Shown: positions 41,799 to 51,821 of the stretch, in pieces
How positions within the stretch are numbered: the first letter of the stretch is position 1
Layout: each line of letters begins with the position of its first letter
From: Vulcanimicrobiota bacterium
GTDB taxonomy: Bacteria > Vulcanimicrobiota > Vulcanimicrobiia > Eremiobacterales > Eremiobacteraceae
NCBI GenBank assembly: GCA_963805945.1
Contig: CAWDVP010000006.1
Location: forward strand, 320,001-384,000
Direction of reading: 5' to 3'
DNA length: 64,000 nt
Made by a program: the position numbers and the translations under genes
Notes under the pieces: model-generated
Databases searched by the model: none
Told to the model about the DNA's origin: nothing
Seen by the model: the letters and a program-made list of their open reading frames with translations, nothing else

Positions 41799-42374
41799 CT
41801 ACAGGCACACGTGCTCTCGATTGCCGCTCTCGAATGCGCGCCAGCGCGGCGATGCCGCTCCGGCGGGCCGCGCGAGCAGATACAGCATCCGGCCCAGGCG
41901 CTGCGGCGGCGTCTCTGCGATCGCCGCGCCGTACACATCGGCGTGCACGCTTTCCGCCTTCGGATCCGCCGGCTGATAGATGATCGACACCGGCGTAGCG
42001 CGCCACCATATGAACACGCCGCCCCCGTTTTCTATGATGAACGTGCGCGCGCCGTTCTCGTCGATCGGCAGGCCAGGCAGCGCACGCGCCGTCCCCGCGA
42101 CGACGCGCCGCGAGGCCTCGAGATCGACGTGCAGATCCTGCCCTTTGACGAGCCGGTCGTTGCGCAGCGCGCCGATGCCGGGAAGTTTGTACCCCTTTTG
42201 CTGCACGGGCGGACCAGCGAGGCACAGGGATTCGACGGAACTCGGCTCGTGCAGCGGCACGATCGGATGGTTGCAGCCAACCGCGAGCAGCGCGCTCGCG
42301 ACCCATGCCGCGCGGATCGCGGATGCAAAGGCGACCGGCCGCACTGCAGCCGGTCGCCGAGATGGAACGTTCAC
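41799..42374 (-). CDS. Hypothetical lipoprotein
   Basis: GTG start inferred, lipobox LAVGC; follows pilX-like gene 1. Confidence 0.5.
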   Translation of the reverse strand: MNVPSRRPAAVRPVAFASAIRAAWVASALLAVGCNHPIVPLHEPSSVESLCLAGPPVQQKGYKLPGIGALRNDRLVKGQDLHVDLEASRRVVAGTARALPGLPIDENGARTFIIENGGGVFIWWRATPVSIIYQPADPKAESVHADVYGAAIAETPPQRLGRMLYLLARPAGAASPRWRAFESGNREHVCL

Positions 42375-42384
42375 CCCGCGGTCG

Positions 42385-43980
42385 TTACTGCCCGCAGGTC
42401 GTTCCGTTATCCGTGGTGCACAGCGCGAGCACGTTGTACTGCGTCGTCGTCGGCGTGAACGGCGGAGGCGTCTTGGACAGCCGCGGATCGTAGACCGCGT
42501 TCGTGTCGAAGCCGCTGGGTGCGCCGCCGAGCGTGCCGCGCTTGCCGCGCACGTTCTCGATGAGGCTGCCGAACAGCGTGAGGGTGCCCTGGCCGCCGGC
42601 GCACTTGACGGGCACCGCGGCGCAGAAGACGTTGCCGAAGGTGCCGTCGCTGCAGACCACGCTGCACTCACCGTAGTAGCCGGTGAGCATCAGACCGTCG
42701 ACCTCCATGTTGCCGTTGACCCAGTCCTGCAAATTGACGTCGTTCGCCCAATACGCGAGTTCGTCTTTGGTCGGATCTTGATACATCAACGAACCGAATA
42801 TGCGCATTTGGGGGTTCGGTCCCGTGCCGTTGTCCGTGACGCCGAATGTGTACTGCCCATGGAAGACGCTGGGCACCGTATTCCCCGCCGCGCCGAGATA
42901 GACCGTCGAAGCATCCAGCCAGACCGCGCCGTTGGCACCGACCACGCCGGGCTTTTGCTCGCCGGACGGCACGCCTGTATACGAAGCGACCGGATTATTC
43001 GCGCCGTCGGTGATCGTCGTCGTGTTGCCGACGAAGTCTTCCGTGACGTGATAGGTCAAGCCCGCGAACAGGAAGGTCATCACCTCCGTGTTGGCCGTCG
43101 CCGTCGAGGTGATCCATGCCCAGCTCGGGGTCGCGCGGACGTACAGACCGGTGTTGATGCTGCCGCCGCCGCCGCCGGTGACGTTGGCGCCGTTGATATA
43201 GAGGCCCGTCACGGTCGGGAATGACGGCGTACTCGCGGGAGCAGGATCGCCTGTGTACGCGGCGTTCTGCACCGCGGTGTTGTCCTGTGCCGTCGGCAAG
43301 GTGAGCGGCTGGCTCACCTGCTTGAAATCGCTCTGGTTGCTGATGATGGACGCCCAATTCGCGCCCGTCGTCGGCAGGCCGGGCACCCACAGCGGCGGCT
43401 GCGACGTGGTGACCGTGCTGGTGAAGATCGGCGGGCTGATGGAATCATAGAAGATGCGCATCGGGCCCCCGCTGTAGACGGGGCCGTCGAAGGTCTCGCC
43501 CGAGGCGTAGAACACGACGCCGCCGACGTTGGTGTTCTCGCTGATGGTGAAGATGCCGTACGCGGAGTAGGGCTGCTTTTGGATCACGGCGTCGACGTTG
43601 CGCGTGCTGCCGCCGCTCGTGCCGACCGAATGGATCAGATAGTACGGCAGCTGAACGGCGGTCCACTGCTGCGTCACCGTCGAGGCGTAGGTGACGGGGT
43701 TGCCGGTATCATCGTTGTAGGTCGCCGACTGCGGGGCCGGCACGACGCCGGGGGCGGCGCCTGAGTCGTTGAGCTCGAACTGGTAGGTCATCTCCTCGAC
43801 GCCCATGTATGCGGCGCGCAGGGCCGAGTTGCTCGTCCCGTGGGCGCCTGTCACGATGATCTCGTTGTGCAGGCCTTCCATGAGCGGCAGCATGAGCAGC
43901 ATCAGGACGACGATGATGAAGATCGTCGCGATGAGCGCGATGCCCCGCTGCTCTTTGAGATCCGAACGTATACCGGCCAT
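42385..43980 (-). CDS. Large PilX/GspK-like minor pilin, copy 1 (DUF4900-like C-terminus)
   Basis: Class III signal QRG|IALIATI with no Glu5; Cys-rich C-terminus; GSLIENVRG...YDPRL...PPP. Confidence 0.75.
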   Translation of the reverse strand: MAGIRSDLKEQRGIALIATIFIIVVLMLLMLPLMEGLHNEIIVTGAHGTSNSALRAAYMGVEEMTYQFELNDSGAAPGVVPAPQSATYNDDTGNPVTYASTVTQQWTAVQLPYYLIHSVGTSGGSTRNVDAVIQKQPYSAYGIFTISENTNVGGVVFYASGETFDGPVYSGGPMRIFYDSISPPIFTSTVTTSQPPLWVPGLPTTGANWASIISNQSDFKQVSQPLTLPTAQDNTAVQNAAYTGDPAPASTPSFPTVTGLYINGANVTGGGGGSINTGLYVRATPSWAWITSTATANTEVMTFLFAGLTYHVTEDFVGNTTTITDGANNPVASYTGVPSGEQKPGVVGANGAVWLDASTVYLGAAGNTVPSVFHGQYTFGVTDNGTGPNPQMRIFGSLMYQDPTKDELAYWANDVNLQDWVNGNMEVDGLMLTGYYGECSVVCSDGTFGNVFCAAVPVKCAGGQGTLTLFGSLIENVRGKRGTLGGAPSGFDTNAVYDPRLSKTPPPFTPTTTQYNVLALCTTDNGTTCGQ

Positions 43981-43994
43981 GACGTCAATAACTC

Positions 43995-44624
43995 CTAGTT
44001 CTGCAGGATGTGCACGTTGTCGACCAACGTGTAGGGATTCTCCGCTTGATATCCCGAGGCGTTCTTCATGTCGTTGATGGTGATCTGGAACTGATATTCA
44101 TACGTGTTATTGGGGCTGCGTGCGACGCCGAAATCGGTGACGTTGCGCGCCAGCACGGCAGGCGCCGGCGATGGGCCGCTCGCGCTGTAGGTCCCCCAAG
44201 TCGTGACGTACTCGTTCACCGTCTTGCCGACCGGATCGTACGAGATGATATGCACGTTGTAGGTGAGCGTCGGCACTCCGCCCGGCGACGGTATGACGGC
44301 CGGGTTCAGGGTCGTGACGCGGAAGAAGGCGATGGCCGGCGTCGACGTCGCGCTGGGGAACGGCGTCGGCAGGATCGGGAAGCTCGCGCTGCCCGGAAAA
44401 TCGATTGCGTTCTGATCGACGCTCGCCTGGCTGAGCGAGCTGTTGATCTTGCCCATGGCCAGACGCGCCTCTTGCTCGTTGGACATGTTCTCGCTCGTGA
44501 GCGTGTGATGCGCGTAGGCGCGCGTGAAGAGCGCGGTCGCCATCCCCAAAACGAGGAACAGCACGCCGAGCGAGATCATCAGCTCCGCTATCGATATGCC
44601 GCGGGTCGTACGCTTCATCGTCAT
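43995..44624 (-). CDS. PilW-like minor pilin, copy 1
   Basis: TRG|ISIAELMISL prepilin motif with Glu5. Confidence 0.8.
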   Translation of the reverse strand: MTMKRTTRGISIAELMISLGVLFLVLGMATALFTRAYAHHTLTSENMSNEQEARLAMGKINSSLSQASVDQNAIDFPGSASFPILPTPFPSATSTPAIAFFRVTTLNPAVIPSPGGVPTLTYNVHIISYDPVGKTVNEYVTTWGTYSASGPSPAPAVLARNVTDFGVARSPNNTYEYQFQITINDMKNASGYQAENPYTLVDNVHILQN

Positions 44625-44628
44625 CACC

Positions 44629-45386
44629 TTAGACCGGGATCGGCGTGGCGGTCGGGACCGCGGTCGGCGTCGGCGATGCGGTCGGTGACGGCGTGGCGGT
44701 CGGCGACGGCGTGGCGGTCGGCGATGGCGTCGGCGACGGCGAGGCGGTCGGTGACGGCGTAGCGGTCGGCGACGGCGTAGCGGTCGGCGAGGCGGTCGGT
44801 GACGGCGTGGCGGTCGGTGACGGCGTGGCGGTCGGTGACGGCGTCGGCGTGGGCGTCGGGGCCAGGGTCGGTGACGGCGGCGGCGTGGCCAGCGTCAGCA
44901 TGCTCGGCACCTGGTGGGTGAACGAGTGCAATTCGTATTCGTCGGTGCGCCCAGCGATCGTGTTGCGCACCCAGATGGTGATCGTCGAACTATCCAGAGC
45001 GGGACGCTCTGGAACCATTGGTATTGCACGTTCTGCATCACCGCGGGTTCCAAGGCGCAGGCGGGGGGCGTGTGCCACGTGCCGCCCATGGTCGGGCCGG
45101 CGTCATTGACTGGCGTCATCGGCTGCCCGCACGCATCTTTGGGAGTGTCCGGATATGCGCCCTTCGCCCACAGATTCGGATCGCCGTGCATCACGGCGAA
45201 GAGATAATTCGAGGCGGAGATGTTCTGCGTGCGTTGAGAGGCCTTGCTCTCGCCCCACGACGTTGCGATCATGTTCTCGGCGACGAAGACGAAAATGGCG
45301 ACGAGCAACACGAGCGCGACGAGCACTTCGATGAGTGACACGCCGCGACGGGTCGCGCCTACCGACTTCTGCCGTTTACCATGCAT
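44629..45386 (-). CDS. PilV-like minor pilin with Pro/Thr-rich tail, copy 1 (apparent 1-nt deletion near 45000)
   Basis: [13 protein letters not shown]; the two frames join to align with copy 2. Confidence 0.75.
44640..44890 (-). repeat. Coding tandem repeat (SPTATP)n
   Basis: Imperfect 18-bp units such as GGCGTGGCGGTCGGTGAC. Confidence 0.85.
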
Positions 45387-45435
45387 CCAAACACACCATC
45401 CGCTCAAGCGATTTTGACGGCGTCCCCCACTGGTC

Positions 45436-45451
45436 AGTGATAAGACTCACA
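45436..45451. promoter_or_regulatory. CRP-like site upstream of pilin cassette 1 (proximal)
   Basis: AGTGA-TAAGAC-TCACA. Confidence 0.55.
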
Positions 45452-45506
45452 CTTCGGTGCTCGCATTACCTTGCGCCGTCCCCTGATGCAGGACGTTTGA
45501 GCAAAG

Positions 45507-45522
45507 TGTGACGTAGCGCACT
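45507..45522. promoter_or_regulatory. CRP-like site upstream of pilin cassette 1 (distal)
   Basis: AAAG-TGTGA-CGTAGC-GCACT. Confidence 0.45.
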
Positions 45523-45538
45523 AGGCCGCTTAAGCGGC

Positions 45539-45572
45539 AAAAAAGCGCCGCGGCTGTTCAGCCGCGGCGCTT
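45539..45572 (-). terminator. Intrinsic terminator ending pilin cassette 2
   Basis: GCGCCGCGGCTG-AA-CAGCCGCGGCGC followed by TTTTTT. Confidence 0.85.
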
Positions 45573-45589
45573 GCCTGCTGTCGGCGCGG

Positions 45590-47191
45590 TCACTGACCGC
45601 AGGTCGTACCGGTCGAATCCTCGGTGCACAGCGCCAGCACGATGTAATCCGTGGTCGTGGGCGTGTACGGCGGTGGTTTGCTGGCGAGCCGCGGATCGTA
45701 GACGCCGTTGGTCTCGAAGCCGGTCACCGAGCTGCCAAGCGTGCCGCGCTTGCCGCGCACATTCTCGATCAAGCTGCCCCGCAGCGTGAGAACGCCGGTG
45801 CCGCCGGTGCAGGTCGGCGCGGCGGAGCAGCCCTTGTTATAGAAGGTGCCGTCGTTGCAGACCGCCGTGCACTCGCCGTAGTAGCCGGTGAACATGGCGC
45901 CGTCGATCTCGATATTGCCGTTGACCGCGTCGTTGAGGATGATGTCGTTCGCCCAGTACGCGAGGATGTCGGTGCTGGACAGCGACGTGTCCGCATAGGT
46001 GACCGATCCCAGCATCGTGATGGTGGGATTGGGCAAGCCCTTGCCGTCCGGAACGCCTAACGTGTATTGCCCGCGGAACGACGAGCCCGCGGCGATGGTC
46101 ATCGCGCCCGTCGAGAAGATCGCGCCGTTGGGGCCGCTCGTCCCGGGCGCCTGCTGGCCGCTGGGCACGCCGGTATACGACGCGACGAGCGCGCCCGCGC
46201 AGCTCGCGCCGGTCCACTTCGTGACCGTCGTCGTGTTGGCGGCGAGGTTGATGTTGACGCACTGGGTGCCTGAGGTCATCACCAGCTTCAAGGTCTCTGT
46301 GTTCGCCGCGAGGCTGCCGGTCGAGGTCACGGTCACCGTGCCCGAGATGAACAAGCCCGTCGTGATCGCGCCGCCGCCGCCGGCGACCGCCTTGTCGTTG
46401 ATGTAGAGACCTGCCGCGCCGGGGATCGCCGGTGGCGACGACGGTTGCGGATTGCCGACAAGCGCGGCGTATTCCACCGACAGGTTATCGTTGGTGGTCG
46501 GCAGCGTCAGCGGCGAGGTGACGGTCTTCCAGTTGCCCTGATTGGAGATGACGCTGTCCCATTGGGCATTGGTCGACGGCGCGCCGGGCACCCAGGTGGT
46601 GGTGCCGGCGTTGATCACCTGGTCGTTGAAGATCGGCGGCTGGCCGGTCGTATACGCGATGCGCATCGGGCCACCGCTGTAGACGGGACCGTTGAACGAC
46701 TCGCCGGAGGCGTAGAACACCGCGCCGCCGACGTTGGTGAACTCGCTGATGGTGAACATGTTGAAAGCGGAGAAGGGCTGCTTCTCGAGCAGTGCGTCCA
46801 CTTTGCGCGTCGAGGCGCCGGCGGTGCCGGTCGAATGCACGATGTAGAACGGCAGGACGCTGCTCCACTTCTGGGTGTCGACATAGGATGAATACGCGAC
46901 GGTCTTGCCGTCGTCGTCGGTGTAGGACGCGCTTTGCGGCCCGGGGGTAGAGCCAGGCGCGGCGCCCGCGTCGTTGAGCTCGAATTGATACTGCATCTCC
47001 TCGACGCCCGCGTAGGCGGCGCGTTGGGCCGAATTGCTGTTGCCATGCAAGCCCGTGAGCTTGAGCTCGTTGACCACATTGGTCATCAGCGCACCGATGA
47101 GGATCATGAACACCGCGGTCATGAGCAGAACCGTGACGAGGGCCATGCCTCGCTGCGGGCTCTTCGCGATCGGGTGGTTATCAGGTTTCAT
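45590..47191 (-). CDS. Large PilX/GspK-like minor pilin, copy 2
   Basis: QRG|MALVTVLL with no Glu5; paralogous to 42385..43980. Confidence 0.75.
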   Translation of the reverse strand: MKPDNHPIAKSPQRGMALVTVLLMTAVFMILIGALMTNVVNELKLTGLHGNSNSAQRAAYAGVEEMQYQFELNDAGAAPGSTPGPQSASYTDDDGKTVAYSSYVDTQKWSSVLPFYIVHSTGTAGASTRKVDALLEKQPFSAFNMFTISEFTNVGGAVFYASGESFNGPVYSGGPMRIAYTTGQPPIFNDQVINAGTTTWVPGAPSTNAQWDSVISNQGNWKTVTSPLTLPTTNDNLSVEYAALVGNPQPSSPPAIPGAAGLYINDKAVAGGGGAITTGLFISGTVTVTSTGSLAANTETLKLVMTSGTQCVNINLAANTTTVTKWTGASCAGALVASYTGVPSGQQAPGTSGPNGAIFSTGAMTIAAGSSFRGQYTLGVPDGKGLPNPTITMLGSVTYADTSLSSTDILAYWANDIILNDAVNGNIEIDGAMFTGYYGECTAVCNDGTFYNKGCSAAPTCTGGTGVLTLRGSLIENVRGKRGTLGSSVTGFETNGVYDPRLASKPPPYTPTTTDYIVLALCTEDSTGTTCGQ

Positions 47192-47200
47192 GGCTCGCTC

Positions 47201-47821
47201 CTAGTTCATCAGATGGACGTTGTCGACCAAGGTGTAAGGCGCTTCGGCCTGCGTCGGATTGTTGATATTGTTGACCGTGATCTGGAACTGGTACTCGAAC
47301 GGGCTGATCTGCATGACGCCGAAATTCGTGACGTTGTCCGCGAGGACGGTCGGCGCCGGCGACGCCATGCCGGTCTTGTACGTCGGGTTGTAATCCATGG
47401 TGTACTCGTTGACGACTTTGTTGACCGCGTCATACGAGATGATGTGGACCTTGTAGGCCGGGTTCGGCGCCAAGGTGGAGCCCGTCGGGATGGCCGCCGG
47501 GTTGAGCGTCGCGACGCGGAAGAACGTGATCGCGGGAGACGACGTCGCCTGCGGCACTACGCTGAGGACCGCGGGCGCGGGCGTGCCGCTCGTGTCGTTG
47601 GTGTTGGCATCCACCGACGCCTGGCTGAGCGACGCGTTCACGCGGGCCATAGCGACGCGTGCGGCCTGCTCGTTCGTCATGTTCTCGGTCGTCAAGGCCA
47701 CGTGCGTGAAGGCCTGCTTGAACAGCACGGTCGCAAGGCCTAGCACGAGCAGCAGGATCCCGAATGATATGAGCAGTTCGGGGATCGTCATGCCGCGCTT
47801 CGTGGTCGTACGCATCGTCAT
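47201..47821 (-). CDS. PilW-like minor pilin, copy 2
   Basis: KRG|MTIPELLISF; paralogous to 43995..44624. Confidence 0.8.
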   Translation of the reverse strand: MTMRTTTKRGMTIPELLISFGILLLVLGLATVLFKQAFTHVALTTENMTNEQAARVAMARVNASLSQASVDANTNDTSGTPAPAVLSVVPQATSSPAITFFRVATLNPAAIPTGSTLAPNPAYKVHIISYDAVNKVVNEYTMDYNPTYKTGMASPAPTVLADNVTNFGVMQISPFEYQFQITVNNINNPTQAEAPYTLVDNVHLMN

Positions 47822-47828
47822 CCCTCGA

Positions 47829-48555
47829 TCAGATCGGCAGCGGCGTAGCGGTCGGCGACGGCGTCGGCGACGGTGATGGCGTCTTCGTCGGCGTAGCGGT
47901 CGGCGACGGCGACGGCGTGTGGGACGGCGTGGCGGTCGGCGACGGCGTCGCGGTGTGCGGCGGGGTCGCGGTCGGCGTCGGCGTGTGCGTCGGCGTGGCC
48001 GTGGGTGACGGCTTCGGCGTCGGCGTCGGCGTCGCGGTCGGCGACGGCGGCGGTGTGGCCAGCGTCAATTGTGTCGGCGTCTGATGGGTGAAACCCCGTA
48101 GCTCGTATCTGATCGATGCGGCCACCGACGGTGCTCTTGACCCAGACCGTCAGATTGGCGCTGTTCTGAACCGGCACCGTCTCATTCCATTGATACTGCA
48201 CGTTGGAGACTTCCGGCGGCGCCAGGTTGCAATTCGGCGCCGTGTGCCATACGCCGGCGCTCTTCGGGCCTGCATCGGTGACAGGGACGAGCGGGTTGCC
48301 GCATGCGTCAACCGGGGTATCCGGGTAGCCGGCCCACAGGTTCTTGTCGCCTGACACGAGCGCCATGAAATAGTTCGCGGCGGAGACGTTCATCGAGCGC
48401 TGCGATGACTTCGACTCGGCCCAGCTGGACGCGATCATGTTCTCAGCGACGAACGTGAAGACGAGCACGAGCAGCACGATCGCGACCAACACCTCGATGA
48501 GGGTCATGCCGCGGGTCTTCGTGTTCTTCTTCGTGCCGTTGTCGCTCATCTTCAT
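47829..48555 (-). CDS. PilV-like minor pilin with Pro/Thr-rich tail, copy 2 (apparent 1-nt insertion near 48110)
   Basis: [24 protein letters not shown] tail in adjacent frame. Confidence 0.75.
47840..48060 (-). repeat. Coding tandem Pro/Thr repeat
   Basis: TPSPTATP units. Confidence 0.85.
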
Positions 48556-48687
48556 CTCTTACCTTTATGAAACTGAGGGTGATCCTGCCAGCCTTGTCGG
48601 CGCGGAACCCCCTCTATAGATTCAATCGGGTATGCTTTCGCTGAACCTTCACCGCGGGTCCCTCCCGCGACGCGGTCAGAAGGCAGA

Positions 48688-48703
48688 TGTGATGCGTGAC
48701 ACT
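48688..48703. promoter_or_regulatory. CRP-like site upstream of pilin cassette 2
   Basis: TGTGA-TGCGTG-ACACT. Confidence 0.45.
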
Positions 48704-48733
48704 CGGGGACGAAAGTCGTAGCACGTGAGCGCG

Positions 48734-49309
48734 CTACGTGTGGCCGTACCCGCCCATTCCGCCGGAGCTCGGCGCAGGTGTGACGACGGGCACAGGGGCC
48801 GAAACATCGGTCGACGAGCCTGGTTGACCGCTCCCGCCGAAATGCGAGACCGCGCGGATCTTGTAGTTGGTGACATAGAGCGCGCGCGTGATCGCTCGTA
48901 TGTCTTCAAGCAGCGCTGTCGCCTTGGGGTCGCTCGGACAGGTGAGCTCGGGCGACGTTTCCGCGCCGAGCGACACGACGACGGGTGTCACCGCCGCTGC
49001 ACCGGCCGCACAACTCGACGAGGGAAGCTTCGACAGCGGCGCGGCCGCTGCAAGATCGAGGAAGAGGGCGTGCGTGAGGTCGGCCGAGAGCTGCCGCTGG
49101 CCCTTGCCGGCGCCGTCGACGCCGCCGCCGCCGTCCGGCGCGATCACGATGCGATATCCGGCGAGATCCGCGCTCCCGCTATTGAAGATCATGGCCGCCC
49201 CAGCAGGGACGGGGAGCGGCGTGACCGCGTTCGCGGGTGGCGGGGTGGCGTTCTCGGCGAACGCGCCGGCCGGCACGATAAGGATACAGACGATCAGGAT
49301 GAGGCGCAT
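48734..49309 (-). CDS. Secreted hypothetical protein
   Basis: Signal peptide (AFA), two mature-region Cys, low-complexity C-terminus. Confidence 0.65.
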   Translation of the reverse strand: MRLILIVCILIVPAGAFAENATPPPANAVTPLPVPAGAAMIFNSGSADLAGYRIVIAPDGGGGVDGAGKGQRQLSADLTHALFLDLAAAAPLSKLPSSSCAAGAAAVTPVVVSLGAETSPELTCPSDPKATALLEDIRAITRALYVTNYKIRAVSHFGGSGQPGSSTDVSAPVPVVTPAPSSGGMGGYGHT

Positions 49310-49322
49310 GTGGTTCTCGCAA

Positions 49323-49406
49323 TGGGCAGGGTAGGATTCGAACCTACGTAGCGCTGAGCGCGGCAGATTTACAGTCTGCTACCATTAACCACTCGGTCAC
49401 CTGCCC
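49323..49406 (-). tRNA. tRNA-Tyr(GTA)
   Basis: GCAGA-CTGTAAA-TCTGC, long variable arm, GGTTCGAATCC. Confidence 0.96.
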
Positions 49407-49565
49407 GATTCGCGGAAGCGTCTTTGGCCGTGCCTTTGTCTGATGATTTTTGCACCGACGATGGCCACAGGACCTGCTTGGTTTTGCGCTGCGTGAAACC
49501 AAGACCCGCTTTTGGGCGGGGCTGCCCTGGGAGGTAAAACAACTTTCGATAACCTACGAGCGATC

Positions 49566-51821
49566 ATGATGGAAGCTCGGACCGGTTTTTCTGGACGCTG
49601 GCCGACCGTGTTTATGCGGCTGCACTTTTCGTGAGCGCCGCTTTGCTCTTTCTGGTTCAGCCGATGTTCGCGAAAGCGCTCCTGCCGCTCTTGGGAGGCG
49701 CACCAGCTGTCTGGAACACCTGCGTTGTGTTCTACGAACTCATGCTGCTGGCCGGCTATCTGTACGCATTCTACCTTCAGCGCCGGGCGACGCTGACCGT
49801 TCAGGTCGTCATGCATCTCGCACTGGTGCTGCTGGTGCTCTTGTTCCTGCCGCCGCGCATCCACACGTTCTTGCCGCCGCCGTCGAGCACGACCGCTGTG
49901 CCCTGGCTCTTGGCCATGTTGCTCGTGTCCCTCGGCATGCCCCTGGTCATCCTCAGCGCGACGAGCCCTCTGTTGCAAAGCTGGTTCGCTGCCACGACGC
50001 AGCGGCGCGCGCACGACTCTACTTCCTGTACGCCGCAAGCAACGCGGGGAGTCTGTTAGGCCTGCTCTGCTACCCGTTCTTGCTCGAACCTCTGTTAGGG
50101 CTGCGCTTTCAAAGCTTCGTCTGGACCGTGGGCTACTGCATCCTCATCGTATGCCCCGGCGCGGCCGCGTCCGTCGTGTACCGTTCGACACGCGGAAGTT
50201 CATCTGATCCCGTCGACGTCGCGCGTACGGTCGAGCCCACCGAACAGGCGGCTGCTCTCATCGACACCATCAGCGTGAAACGAAAGGCCCGATGGCTCGT
50301 CCTCGCATTCATCCCCTCAAGCCTCATGTTGAGCGTGACGACCTACCTGTCCACGGCCATAGCGCCGATCCCCCTGCTCTGGGTCGTGCCCTTGGCCCTG
50401 TATCTGCTGACTTTTGTGATCGCCTTTTCGGGGGACAGCGAACCGCGCCTCAGGCTATTGCGCCGGATCGGCCCATCCGTCGTGTTGTTGCTGATCGTCG
50501 TGATGGCGTTGCAAGTCGTCTGGGCGCCACTGGTCCTGTTCTTGATCCATCTCACGGCCTTCTTCGTCGTCGCTTTGACATGCCACAGCCTGCTCGCAGA
50601 GGACCGACCGCCGAAAGCCGATCTGACCGAGTTCTATCTTTGGCTCCCCTTGGGAGGAGCCGCAGGCAGGTCTTCACGGCCATATCGCTCCCCTCGTCTT
50701 CACGAGCGGCGTCGAGTACCCGCTCGTCCTCGTGCTAGCGGCCTTCTTTCGCGGTCCTTCCGTGTGCACATTCGTCTGCGTCTTTGGGATTTTGAATTGC
50801 CGCTGTTGGTCGGCGCGGCTCTTGCCGTCTTCATATCGCTTGAGGCGCGCTACGCTCCACAGCCTTGGGGCTCAAGGTCGCGTTGGCTTTCGTCGTCGCC
50901 GCCTTGTGCGCGATCGTCGTTTTCAGGCGGCCCATGGGCTTTGCGGTGTGCACCGCGGCGCTGTTGCTCTGCAGCGTCCTCTACGCCACGACGATAGAGA
51001 ACAGATTGTTCGTCGAACGGAACTTCTTCGGCATCAACACGGTGATGGCGTTGGGGCCTTATCATGTCCTCTTCCACGGACAGACGAATCACGGCATTGA
51101 GAACATGCGGCCGGCGGAGCGCCGACCTCCGCTTGCGTACTACGAGCGCAGCGGGCCGCTTGGGCAGATCTTCGATTCGCTTCGCCCGGCGTTGTCCAAT
51201 GGCTCGATTGCGGTGATCGGCCTAGGATCCGGGTCAGTTCTGTGCTACCGTACGCCAGGACAGCGCTGGACCATCTACGAGATCGACCCCGGAGTCGATC
51301 GCATCGCACGCGACCGGCGTCTCTTCAGATTCATCAGCGATTGCGCTCCGGAGACGCCGACCGTCCTCGGCGACGCACGACTGTCGCTGCAACAATCGAG
51401 CGATAACACCTACGCTCTGATGATTCTCGATGCGTACAGCGCCGACTACGTCCCCGTTCACCTCATCACGGCTGAAGCGTTGGCATTATACGTCCGCAAG
51501 ATGACCGGACATGGCATCCTCGCATTCCACACTTCGAGCTTTTGGATCGACCTCACACCGGTCCTTTCATCGCTCGCTGAGAACGCCGGTTTGGTGTGCT
51601 ACGCAGAGCACGACAGGGTTCTCACCATCGATGAGATGAGGAGGGGAAAGTTCGCTTCGACATGGATGGTGATGGCTCACCACCCGTCGGACCTGGGCGC
51701 GTTGATCCAAAACCCTCGCTGGCGCGCGTGCGATCCCACGACATTCCGGCTGTGGACCGATGATTATTCAAGTCTCGTGACAGTGATACCAGTCCATTTT
51801 TCGATCGGACCGCAGTTCTAG
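49566..51821 (+). pseudogene. Fused membrane/spermidine synthase-like SAM-dependent protein, broken by several frameshifts
   Basis: LLFLVQPMFAK..LGGAPAVWN, PSSLMLSVT, ERNFFG, IGLGSG, YEIDP, GDARL, LDAYS, WTDDYS spread over several frames; could instead be sequencing error. Confidence 0.6.

Noticed and set aside
44640..48060. CRISPR array
   Set aside because: The repeats are coding Pro/Thr units without unique spacers; no cas genes.
44629..48125. Programmed frameshift or phase variation in both PilV-like genes
   Set aside because: The indels are at non-equivalent positions, of opposite sign, and not in slippery tracts; similar indels hit core genes.
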